From assembly GCA_965217115.1 (NCBI GenBank), contig OZ244239.1:256001-320000 (forward strand): 64,000 bases of DNA. Reading direction: 5' to 3'. How positions within the stretch are numbered: position 1 is the stretch's first letter; the number at the start of each line of letters is the position of its first letter. Source of the stretch: Bdellovibrionales bacterium (GTDB taxonomy: Bacteria > Bdellovibrionota > Bdellovibrionia > Bdellovibrionales > CAYMLA01). Made by a program: the position numbers and the translations under genes. Below are positions 41,901 to 49,695 of the stretch, one piece after another. Below the pieces are notes generated by a model, which was given only the letters and a program-made list of their open reading frames with translations, was not told the DNA's origin and searched no databases.

Positions 41901-42195
41901 AAGTTGGAAAATCAGTCTCAATATTAGACGATTCAGGTGGAGGTGTTTCTGTGGAGTCGTCAATACTAGGCGGTTCAGGTGGAGGTGTTCCTGTGGAGTC
42001 GTCAATATTAGACGATTCAGGTGAAGGTGTTCCTGGGGAGTCGTCAATACTAGACGATTCAGGTGGAGCTGTTCCTGGGGAGTTGTCAATACTAGGCGAT
42101 TCAGGTGGAGGTGTTCCTGGGGAGCCGTCATTATTCCCGCCGCTACAGCCTGTTAATAGGGTAAACGCAAGAAGTAATGTGATTTTGCTTTTCAT
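38905..42195 (-). CDS. Mosaic surface lipoprotein: Pro/Ser repeats, two dockerin-like Ca-binding repeats, FN3-like and Calx-beta-like domains, divergent S8 subtilase domain
   Basis: Lipobox LLTGC. LDVDGNGDLNxPNDGLIIFKYL twice. DNIHEPNENF. Subtilase-like GAGVNVLIFD, HGTQMA, SLGN, GATSQAT, DNVFGHGLVN. Confidence 0.8.
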   Translation of the reverse strand: MKSKITLLLAFTLLTGCSGGNNDGSPGTPPPESPSIDNSPGTAPPESSSIDDSPGTPSPESSNIDDSTGTPPPEPPSIDDSTETPPPESSNIETDFPTSSGNALTAQSSTETSTFSLDVDGNGDLNGPNDGLIIFKYLLNPNANNLHTTVANDANRRTTKDLKAYLDTHASILDVDGNGDLNAPNDGLIIFKYLLNPNANNLHTTIANDALEGRRTTKELKDYLDMYASIPPPTPPEAPSITIDSLTLSGDALTVQSPTADWSVTTNSTYVLDHYEVSLGTASESSDIIGWTNIGTNTQHIFSSISPALPDFQQDYFFNVRAVSSTGAETTSSASWRPSITSDLGLVVSGTGTQATAPSLTITTTEACGFDSHPSGYTVHSLIEFAVGTAPGSDDVSPWTPTSALPWPGFSQTTWSVAANFGVSTLLKDTDYWYSVRTTDSNGSVAVFFSESWQIVPALEVIWADSSPIAEEGNQKTLVLELSEVQTTDTTMFLTTEDDTAFGDTSTLTGDFKKIDTQSHVIPAGSTSTSVVITTNKDNIHEPNENFKLKIALSSANTNIIGPADVDFTITNSNVFYLNEDVSITLPAGTLLSDIDSVGASFMNPHFSPPEAATMQFLPEHTGTNTGSAQGQDYFNYSLVTQRATDPPSLSIENNQLIIPSEFYFIFNGRQGGYNLPLDAAVTFTVTFTDITQNSVTRTITTLPTPELHETIKSQSTFAATGTHTDWFNRIQWPRLSTYHIGELAKGKTLHKHSHATDEEIYGAGVNVLIFDQIIAKSSNVYDSVVFTALGWPDRIVDFVIHEKIPDPNNSFPYANAINPNLGSLESYALYNHGTQMARYMLNYAPKVNIYDSGRKTPILGYFPGYPLDIAASNPIDILSLSGSGLTDDEVRSTEEGKLKDLIDKGLVLSISLGNTSTTTNEVPDCGYGDEALFTPYIHDLSSSSGGIITLQAVVGGPLTSTYEPTYESLRTLAGSYAKYYTLSILETGSGATSQATATFSGIMALMIEANTKYNRTYTNKELLGLIVDTAQYLNSSGVIDTTADSDAVDNVFGHGLVNIEAALQAVEDGSTPVYDLYSSGNLKSGVTEISDCTTP
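41506..41848 (-). repeat. Two ~170-bp direct repeats encoding dockerin-like modules
   Basis: Copies start at about 41506 and 41680 (period 174) and are nearly identical apart from a 6-nt indel. Confidence 0.9.
41918..42127 (-). repeat. 5 x 42-bp coding tandem repeat (DSxGTPPPESxxID)
   Basis: Units start at 41918, 41960, 42002, 42044 and 42086. Confidence 0.92.
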
Positions 42196-42235
42196 TTAAT
42201 CTCCCTTTTAGTGAGGACTACTTTTTAGTATCGTT

Positions 42236-42343
42236 CTATTTCCTTGAGAGTCTGTTGAAGATGTTTCTGTGGAACCATTTATTGCTCTGGCTACAGCCTG
42301 TTAATAGAGCAAATATGTATAGTAATGTAATTTTGTTCTTCAT
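42236..42343 (-). pseudogene. Truncated paralogue of the downstream lipoprotein (signal peptide, lipobox, then apparent frameshift)
   Basis: MKNKITLLYIFALLTGCS versus MKSKITLLLAFTLLTGCS. The shifted frame continues GSTETSS, resembling the neighbour's STETS. Confidence 0.7.
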
Positions 42344-42583
42344 TCTGCTTTCCTTACTCTAAACATGTCCATTTTTTTTGTGCACTTCAATCTGTACTCT
42401 ATTTAATAATAACATAATTACTCATGTGTAAGGGTTATTAGTCAGTTAATATAATTTTTTTATCTGACTTAGCTATGTCATGTTATCAATAGTGAATATA
42501 AATTAAACAGTCTTTTTTTTACACTGTTCCCATATGAGACATCGGTTAAAAAAACCGATATCAAAGCTACCACGTAATAGAAT

Positions 42584-42777
42584 TATTAAGACAGAAGAAA
42601 ACATCTTGGGCACAGCACTCTTCCTGGGCGCAAAAAACTCAAAACTCCTATTTTGCAAAACCCTCTCTTTGACGGAGTTCCCCAGAAAAAAATTAACCCT
42701 CCCATCGAAAAAACGACAAATTTATGGAATAACGAATTCATGCCTGTTGCTATATGGGATGACGTTCTTTATATTGT
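42584..42777 (+). pseudogene. Decayed internal copy of the CDS at 44775
   Basis: Aligns to 44872-45067 with about 15 substitutions and one 2-nt deletion (manual alignment). Confidence 0.9.
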
Positions 42778-43009
42778 TCGATGTAAAAATATTAAATACT
42801 AACTTGAAAAAAATAACTTAAATAATCGTAAATCATCTCAAAGGGACAGAGTCTCTGGAAGGCTAGACGACAAGGCCGCTGGAGAACAACACTGTGCATT
42901 GTACGTTGAATTCTTTTAGAAACACCTGTATCAATCAAAAAAATTATAACCGCCCATTGATTAAATCGACGACTGAAAGTTCAACTTTCGGTATTCACAG
43001 GAGGAAAAC

Positions 43010-44470
43010 ATGAATAAAATCAACAGTTTTTTTACAATTGTGAGTTTAACATTATTTAGTGTGATATTTGCCCCTAAAGAATCTAAGGCGCTAATGGCTC
43101 ACTGTATTGATAGCAGTAACTATGAAGTCTGCGAAAATGATCCTATATGTTTAAGACTTAAGCCAACAGTGAACCAAAGCTGTATAACCGATTTTTCTAC
43201 CGTCGATTTAGATGGGGATAAACTAAAAGATGCTGTTTATATATATGAAACAGGAGATGACCTTTATTCTGATCGTGTATATTCCATATCTTGGAATAAA
43301 AATATGGGTAATGGGAATTTTTCTCCCAGACAGGTTATTCGCTCTATTGAGCGAAAGACATTTTTTAAAGGCAAAGAGGAGAGGGGTGCTTCCTTTCCTG
43401 AACAGAGAGCTAACTTAGTTTTAAAAGACTTAGACAGTGATGGATTAATAGATATCGTTTTTTCTTTAGGAAAGGCGGGTTATGATGTTGCTACTGGTAA
43501 TACTTATCCTGGCTACAATGAATTGTTTTGGTATAAGAATAAAGGTGGCATGTCTTTTTCGAGAAAAAAACCATTAATTACTCACAACACAACAGGTGTT
43601 ATAGTATCTACCTTTCTGGAGGATGTTAATGAAGATGGCATTCTAGATTTTGGCTACAGTGTTTTAATTAAAGCCGGTTGGGTCGACAATGTGGAAAACT
43701 ATATTATTATAGGAAAGGGTGGTGGACGCTTTTCATCAGAACCTATTCTTCTTATTTTAGAAGGTGTCGAATACACCACCTTTGGCCTGGCTATTGGGCA
43801 ATTTACAGAAGAGGGGGCTAAGAGTGCGATTTTTCTTTCTTCTTTGTTTGGGAGCTTTCGGGATGGCAGTAGGGCCTACCTTCTTGGGCTAAACCTAAGT
43901 TATGTTCTTGGTGGACACGCCACTCCACCAGAAGATAGAGACGAGTATGCGAAAAACAATACACGAAATAAATTCTACCACTTTGATACAAAAATACATC
44001 TTAAGACTGAAATAGATAAGGCCATTGTGACAGACCTTAATAACGATGGTATTGACGAGTTGTTTTTAAGCCTAAATGGAATATATGGTGGTACCTATCT
44101 TTACACTTTTTCTGGTAATGAGTTTGTGTTTTCTAAAGAAGAACTCACAGATGAATATACAACAGCGGTTATGATAAAGGATGTGGATGGAGATTCCCTC
44201 TTGGATATAGTTTACTCTACTCACCGCTTTCGTAATTGGTTCAATAAACCACGCTATTTAGCATGGAAAAAAAATCAAGGTAATGGGAAATTCTCTTCTG
44301 AGAAGATTATTAAAAAATTACCTGCCGCCAGTGTATTAGGAGCAGTAGAAGATTTAGATGGAGACGGATTGGCAGACTTCATTCTCTTATCAAAAGTAGA
44401 TGGCCAAACTACTTTTACACATTTACCAAACAGCATTCTTTCGTCAGGGCAAGAGGAAGATGCTCATTAA
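43010..44470 (+). CDS. Secreted FG-GAP/VCBS-repeat (beta-propeller) protein
   Basis: Signal peptide and AGGAGG RBS. Repeats DLDGDKLKD, DLDSDGLID, DVNEDGILD, DLNNDGID, DVDGDSLLD, DLDGDGLAD, several followed by W.KN.G.G.FS. Confidence 0.88.
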   Translation: MNKINSFFTIVSLTLFSVIFAPKESKALMAHCIDSSNYEVCENDPICLRLKPTVNQSCITDFSTVDLDGDKLKDAVYIYETGDDLYSDRVYSISWNKNMGNGNFSPRQVIRSIERKTFFKGKEERGASFPEQRANLVLKDLDSDGLIDIVFSLGKAGYDVATGNTYPGYNELFWYKNKGGMSFSRKKPLITHNTTGVIVSTFLEDVNEDGILDFGYSVLIKAGWVDNVENYIIIGKGGGRFSSEPILLILEGVEYTTFGLAIGQFTEEGAKSAIFLSSLFGSFRDGSRAYLLGLNLSYVLGGHATPPEDRDEYAKNNTRNKFYHFDTKIHLKTEIDKAIVTDLNNDGIDELFLSLNGIYGGTYLYTFSGNEFVFSKEELTDEYTTAVMIKDVDGDSLLDIVYSTHRFRNWFNKPRYLAWKKNQGNGKFSSEKIIKKLPAASVLGAVEDLDGDGLADFILLSKVDGQTTFTHLPNSILSSGQEEDAH

Positions 44471-44492
44471 CAGAACTGATTAGTGAACGATG

Positions 44493-44515
44493 GGTCTAGA
44501 AGTCTAGACCTTTTT
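44493..44515 (+). terminator. Intrinsic terminator
   Basis: GGTCTAG-AAGT-CTAGACC-TTTTT, about 22 nt after the stop codon. Confidence 0.65.
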
Positions 44516-44737
44516 CGGAATCATCACTAAACTGGAATTAAAAAATAGTTAAATATAATGGCGAAAAAGAGGCTACAATTTGTAGGCTTTTTTTTTTGTT
44601 CATAAATCTTTCCCTGCTGTGCTCTGTATAAAACAGTGACAGTTGTTCTGTTGAAGTCTCCATACATAAACTAAGTATTACCGACTCATTTTGAGACAAA
44701 TAGCCCTCTCATTAATTGTCTTATTATAGACATTCGT

Positions 44738-44765
44738 TAATATTCTTGCCGGAAGATACCGATAG
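44738..44765 (+). promoter_or_regulatory. Putative sigma28 promoter
   Basis: TAAT-N16-ACCGATAG, ending 9 nt before ATG 44775. Confidence 0.4.
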
Positions 44766-44774
44766 AAGTCTAGT

Positions 44775-45872
44775 ATGGAATTGAAATGGCTAAATGCATT
44801 CGAACTCACACCTGAGACACTTATCAAGTGGACGGCTGATAAACCCGCCCAGCACTCCCCTCTTTTCTGGATATTAAGACAGAAGAAAATATCTTGGGCA
44901 CAGCACTCTTCCTGGGCTCAAAAAGAACTCAAAATCCCTATTTTACAAGAAGCTTTCTTTGACGGAGTTCCTCAGGAAAAAATTAAAACTCTCATCGAAA
45001 AAACGACAAATTTATGGAATAACGAATTCATGCCTGTTGCTATATGGGATGGCGTTCTTTATATTGTATGTCTCTCTCCTCCTGATGATTTAGAAATCAA
45101 TTACTCTGATTTATTTAAAAAGTTGGACGGCGTAACAAAACATCAAATAGCCATCGCGACCCCTGAATGCTTAGAAAAATGGTGGAATAAACTTCCTCAT
45201 ACGGGAAAAGAATCTTCTATTTCAAAAATAAACTTTTTACAACAGACCTCTACACCAGAGAAAGTCACAACCCTAAAGCCACCAATAGATATCACAAGAA
45301 CATTCAATGTTAACTTTCCACCCAAACCAGAAGACTACACAACGACAAGAGCCCTTGAAAGTGACTCTCTAGATATACCAAATAAGGATCTCAGCACAAT
45401 CAGATCTTTGTCCCCAGATAGTGCCACTGATTGGAAGGAGATCGGAGAATTAATATTTCCAAAAATGGAAAAATATTATAGACAAACGATGATCATGGCA
45501 CTCGACGGTCACAACCTTTGGCCTAAATCATGGAACAACCAGTGGAACGAACCATCTTTAGAAGAAGTGACACCCACTCCTCTTGGAACAGCTAGTATTT
45601 TTGAGATTGTTTCCAAAACGCAAAAACCCTACCACGGACCTGTCTTCGCGAACCCTATTAATAATCATTTTTTTAGCTTCTGGGATTCAAACAAACTTGC
45701 TAAATACATCACTATCGTACCAATTATCGTTCATGGACAAATCGAAGCTATGCTCATTGGCACCTCTGATTCAGAGATTAACTCCCGTAGAAGGCTATCA
45801 GCTATGGAGAATTGGGGTAAAGAAATTTCCACTTCCCTCTCTCCGGTGACTTCAATACTCAAAGCCTTCTAG
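44775..45872 (+). CDS. Hypothetical protein (GspE/PilB N-domain-like N-terminus, GAF-like C-terminus)
   Basis: FMPVAIWDGVLYIVCLSP. C-terminal SIFEIVSKTQKPYHGP...ITIVPIIVHGQIEAMLIG. Domain labels are tentative. Confidence 0.6.
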   Translation: MELKWLNAFELTPETLIKWTADKPAQHSPLFWILRQKKISWAQHSSWAQKELKIPILQEAFFDGVPQEKIKTLIEKTTNLWNNEFMPVAIWDGVLYIVCLSPPDDLEINYSDLFKKLDGVTKHQIAIATPECLEKWWNKLPHTGKESSISKINFLQQTSTPEKVTTLKPPIDITRTFNVNFPPKPEDYTTTRALESDSLDIPNKDLSTIRSLSPDSATDWKEIGELIFPKMEKYYRQTMIMALDGHNLWPKSWNNQWNEPSLEEVTPTPLGTASIFEIVSKTQKPYHGPVFANPINNHFFSFWDSNKLAKYITIVPIIVHGQIEAMLIGTSDSEINSRRRLSAMENWGKEISTSLSPVTSILKAF

Positions 45873-46311
45873 AGAGAACCATCCGTCGCTGCTCTGCAAC
45901 CCCCGTTCTCTGAAGATTTAAGCAAAACACGCTCCAATCAATAGGAATAAATTCTTTATGTAAACGATCTCCCCACTCAATAAGAATTAATCCGTGGGGA
46001 CGGGAGAATAAATCCCAAAAACCTGTTGTCTCTAAGTCCTCATCATTTTCTAAACGATAAAGATCTAAATGATCAACAATTCTACCATTTGGTAACTCAT
46101 AAGAATTATGGATCGAAAAAGAAGGAGAACAAGCATCCTCATACCCCAGCCCTTGTAATAAAAAGGTCACCCACTGAGTCTTTCCCACCCCCATAGGCCC
46201 CTCTAATAAAACCACCGTCTTGTCTTCTAAATTATCAGCAATAAACTCATGTGCTTTCTTCTTAAGCACATTTAAGTCATCGACAAGAGAGGTTAAGTGT
46301 TCTTCTGCCAT
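45859..46311 (-). CDS. tsaE: tRNA threonylcarbamoyladenosine biosynthesis ATPase
   Basis: LEGPMGVGKT, SPSFSI, HLDLYRL, LIEW. Confidence 0.95.
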   Translation of the reverse strand: MAEEHLTSLVDDLNVLKKKAHEFIADNLEDKTVVLLEGPMGVGKTQWVTFLLQGLGYEDACSPSFSIHNSYELPNGRIVDHLDLYRLENDEDLETTGFWDLFSRPHGLILIEWGDRLHKEFIPIDWSVFCLNLQRTGVAEQRRMVLSRRL

Positions 46312-46315
46312 AGCA

Positions 46316-47038
46316 TTAAATCACTTTCTTCATTTCACGCACAGCTTTTTTTAATCCCATCTCCAAAGAGTAACAAATTAAAGAATGCCCTATGTTTAAT
46401 TCTTGTAAATGAGGCAGGTTTTTGGCTATGACACTTGCCGAGTGAAAATCCAATCCATGTCCCGCATGAACCCTAAGATTTAATTTATGGGCACAGATCG
46501 CTGCCTTTTTTAATCTTTGCCATTCATGACGCTTTTTTTCCCCTCTCAATAAAACCCAGGAGCCCGTATGCAGTTCCACTGCATCAGCTCCAATCTCGGC
46601 ACAGGCCTCTATCTGTTTAATACTTGGATCAATAAAAGGAGATACTTCAATCCCTCCATCCTGTAATTTTCTGGTGACTTCTCTCATCTTTCTCATATGA
46701 CCTGCTACATCCAATCCCCCTTCGGTTGTCAGCTCTCTTCTCTTCTCTGGAACAAGGCAAACAATGGAAGGTTTATTCTTTAGAGCCACACTCACCATTT
46801 TTTGAGTCGCTGCCATCTCTAAATTCAATGGCACTAAAGATTTCTTAGACAATAACTCCACATCACGATCTTGAATATGACGACGATCTTCTCTTAAATG
46901 AATCGTTATTTGATCGGCACCACCCTGCACTGCTAGATTCATCATATTTACTAAATCAGGATAGGGGGTGGTTGCACCACGAACCTCCCTTAAGGTTGCA
47001 GCATGATCAATATTCACACCCAAACGAATTCGGCCCAT
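46316..47038 (-). CDS. pdxJ: Pyridoxine 5'-phosphate synthase
   Basis: LGVNIDH, HLREDRRHI, ELTTEGG, ELHTG, AGHGL, ELNIGH. Confidence 0.98.
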   Translation of the reverse strand: MGRIRLGVNIDHAATLREVRGATTPYPDLVNMMNLAVQGGADQITIHLREDRRHIQDRDVELLSKKSLVPLNLEMAATQKMVSVALKNKPSIVCLVPEKRRELTTEGGLDVAGHMRKMREVTRKLQDGGIEVSPFIDPSIKQIEACAEIGADAVELHTGSWVLLRGEKKRHEWQRLKKAAICAHKLNLRVHAGHGLDFHSASVIAKNLPHLQELNIGHSLICYSLEMGLKKAVREMKKVI

Positions 47039-47044
47039 CTCTTC

Positions 47045-48412
47045 TTACCCTAAGGACTTTTGTAGAAATTTAGCCATCTTTTCCGCCAGTTCATTAATTT
47101 TCCCCTTGCTCGGTCCCTCTACCAAAATCCTTACAACAGATTCTGTTCCAGAGTAACGCACAAAAATACGTCCCGCTCCTTTTAACTGCTCAGAGATATC
47201 CCCATGTAACTTCTCATAACCATCTAATTCATGTAAAGGTATCTTAATATTTACACGCAAATTAATCAAAATTTGAGGCACCTCTTCAAACTCTTTCACC
47301 AAATTATGTAACGCCGTCTGACGCGCTTTCATAATTCCCAAAATACTAAGTCCCGCTATCAATCCATCACCTGTTGTCGAATGATCTAGAAAAATAATAT
47401 GTCCCGACTGTTCTCCGCCTAACACATAACCTTTGTTACGCATCTCTTCGATCACATTACGATCACCAACATCCGTCTTAACAAGAGATATCCCAGACTT
47501 TGTCATTAGTTTTTCCAAACCAAAATTACTCATCTGAGTCGCCACCACTGTGTTATGTGGTAATTTACCACACTCCTTTAGGTAAATAGCACAAATAGCC
47601 AAGATCTGATCTCCATTAACTACCTTGCCCCGCTTATCTGTCATGATCACACGATCTGCATCACCATCTAAAGCAATACCCACGTCCGCCCGATACTCAA
47701 CAACCGCTTCACCTAAACGACTGGGATATAATGCTCCTGATTTATCATTAATATTTGTCCCATTAGGCTTATTACCAATGACAATCACCTCTGCTCCTAA
47801 TTCCTGCAACACCATAGGAGCAACCTTGTAGGAGGCACCATGGGCACAATCTAGCACAATACGAATTCCATCCAGAGTTTCTTTTTGTGGAAATGTATCT
47901 TTAACAAAAACGATATAACGACCAGTGCTATCCTCTATTCTTTTACTACGACCAATCTCCTCAGAACTGGGTAAAAGCTCATTGAGGTCAGTATTAAAAA
48001 CTAACTCCTCAATCTCTCTCTCCATTTCCTCAGAAATTTTATAACCATCAAAACCAAAGATTTTAATTCCATTATCATAATAAGCATTATGAGAAGCTGA
48101 AATAACAACTCCCGCATCAGCCCTCATATTACGAGTTAAGAAACCAATTCCAGGTGTCGGCAGAGGACCTACAAATTGCACATGAACACCCATAGAGTTC
48201 AACCCACTAGCCAGAGCCATTTCGATCATATAGCCTGATAAGCGTGTGTCTTTTCCAATAACAACTTTGATTGCCCGAGATGGAATATTATCCCTACGAC
48301 GTAGGATGCATCCCAACGCCTGGCCCACCTTCAACACAATGTCAGGTGTAATAGGAAAAACATTTGATTTACCTCGGATTCCATCTGTTCCAAAGAGTTT
48401 CTGCTTTCTCAT
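47045..48412 (-). CDS. glmM: Phosphoglucosamine mutase
   Basis: FGTDGIRG, SASHN, DGDADR, GGEQSGH, RYSGTE. Confidence 0.97.
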   Translation of the reverse strand: MRKQKLFGTDGIRGKSNVFPITPDIVLKVGQALGCILRRRDNIPSRAIKVVIGKDTRLSGYMIEMALASGLNSMGVHVQFVGPLPTPGIGFLTRNMRADAGVVISASHNAYYDNGIKIFGFDGYKISEEMEREIEELVFNTDLNELLPSSEEIGRSKRIEDSTGRYIVFVKDTFPQKETLDGIRIVLDCAHGASYKVAPMVLQELGAEVIVIGNKPNGTNINDKSGALYPSRLGEAVVEYRADVGIALDGDADRVIMTDKRGKVVNGDQILAICAIYLKECGKLPHNTVVATQMSNFGLEKLMTKSGISLVKTDVGDRNVIEEMRNKGYVLGGEQSGHIIFLDHSTTGDGLIAGLSILGIMKARQTALHNLVKEFEEVPQILINLRVNIKIPLHELDGYEKLHGDISEQLKGAGRIFVRYSGTESVVRILVEGPSKGKINELAEKMAKFLQKSLG

Positions 48413-48469
48413 AAAACCACGATCCTTCCCAGTGCCCTTCTCACATCATATAAATACGGATGTTCCTTA

Positions 48470-48883
48470 TTATTTACTTTTATCGGTCTTGCCCACGATG
48501 ATTGCAGTAAAAAATTTTGGACTCACCCAGAGCAATCTCGTTCCTAATGGCAAATCAATCATCTTTGATGTGATTTCTTTTTTTACCCTACCTGGCTCCT
48601 CATTTGCCAAGTTAATCACTACAGCTCGTTCATCAATATCCCGTGACAATCTCTTAAGAGCATGACGAGTTCCTGAGATTCTAACCTTCACTTCTTCAAC
48701 CGGTTTTTTAAAAAAATGAGATTGGGAAGGCAAGAGATATTGAATCGGTAATTCATAGGTCATCACAAAATCACGCCGACCTAGAATCATAACCCATAAA
48801 ATAAAAGCTATAAAAAATGCCACCATTTTATAGGTCATATTATCGGTGAAAACTTTATCCCATAACTCTCTGGGTCGTATCAT
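48470..48883 (-). CDS. CdaR/YbbR-like protein (single domain)
   Basis: N-terminal TM (KMVAFFIAFILWV), V.VRISG motif, position between cdaA and glmM. Confidence 0.8.
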   Translation of the reverse strand: MIRPRELWDKVFTDNMTYKMVAFFIAFILWVMILGRRDFVMTYELPIQYLLPSQSHFFKKPVEEVKVRISGTRHALKRLSRDIDERAVVINLANEEPGRVKKEITSKMIDLPLGTRLLWVSPKFFTAIIVGKTDKSK

Positions 48884-49680
48884 TTAGCTCCTCTATTTTC
48901 AGAAGGTTTCAAACCAAAAAATTCATATAACTTTCCACGCAATTCACTCACAGCAAGATTAGAAATCACTTCCCCCCCTTGAACGACACTCACCATCTTA
49001 GACTCCTCACTCACAACCAATACCACTGCATCTGTTTCATCGGTGAGCCCCATGGCAGCGCGATGCCTTGTGCCCCAATTTTTATTTAAAGTTGGATTCT
49101 GGCTCAATGGTAGAAAGCATCCCGCCAAATCAATTCTTGCATGGCGAATAAGAACCGCCCCGTCATGGAGAGGGGATGATGGATGAAAAATTGAAAGTAA
49201 AATTTCCGAGGAAACCTGTGAGTCAAGTTCAGACCCCCCCTCAATGTGATAGTCCACATTAATATCTCTCTCCAAGACTAATAAAGCTCCGAACCCTCTC
49301 TGGGCCAATAACATGACTCCTCTACATATCTCTTCAATCACATGGGTTTCTTCATCAGCATCAATGTCCATAAGGAGGGGGTTACTACCGATATGGGCCA
49401 ATGCGTGGCGAATCTCTCCTTGAAAAATAATCACCATGATCACAAATAAATTATTAAAAAACTTCTCTAACAACCAATTAAACGTATGAAATTCCAACCA
49501 AATACTCGCCAGATAGGCAATGCCCAACACTCCCAAACCCGAGAGCATTTGCACTGTTCCCGTACGACGAATCAGAAGTAAGACACGATAAATAATCATC
49601 CATACCAAGACCATATCTATCAGGTCTTGAAGTCTAAGATGACTTATAAAAAAATGAATGTTTTCAAGTAGACTTTCGAT
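48880..49680 (-). CDS. cdaA: Diadenylate cyclase CdaA (start uncertain)
   Basis: Three TMs, FQGEIR, SPLHDGAV, GTRHRAA. The frame is open upstream of ATG 49614 through QDLIDM to an ATC at 49680. Confidence 0.92.
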   Translation of the reverse strand: MESLLENIHFFISHLRLQDLIDMVLVWMIIYRVLLLIRRTGTVQMLSGLGVLGIAYLASIWLEFHTFNWLLEKFFNNLFVIMVIIFQGEIRHALAHIGSNPLLMDIDADEETHVIEEICRGVMLLAQRGFGALLVLERDINVDYHIEGGSELDSQVSSEILLSIFHPSSPLHDGAVLIRHARIDLAGCFLPLSQNPTLNKNWGTRHRAAMGLTDETDAVVLVVSEESKMVSVVQGGEVISNLAVSELRGKLYEFFGLKPSENRGAK

Positions 49681-49695
49681 ACACTGGCTCCAACT

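Noticed and set aside
41918..42127. Regular 42-bp repeats as a CRISPR array
   Set aside because: The units are contiguous with no unique spacers, lie in frame in a CDS, and no cas genes are present.
42534..42821. 95-aa ORF as a real gene
   Set aside because: It mostly reads the decayed duplicate of ORF 44775 out of frame.
38731..44591. 18/22-nt inverted similarity (38731-38752 versus 44570-44591) as island ends
   Set aside because: The match is short, both are terminator-like hairpins with T-runs, and no target duplication or recombinase was seen.
42584..45067. Repeat pair as a DGR template/variable repeat
   Set aside because: Mismatches are not confined to adenines on either strand, there is an indel, and no reverse transcriptase is in the window.
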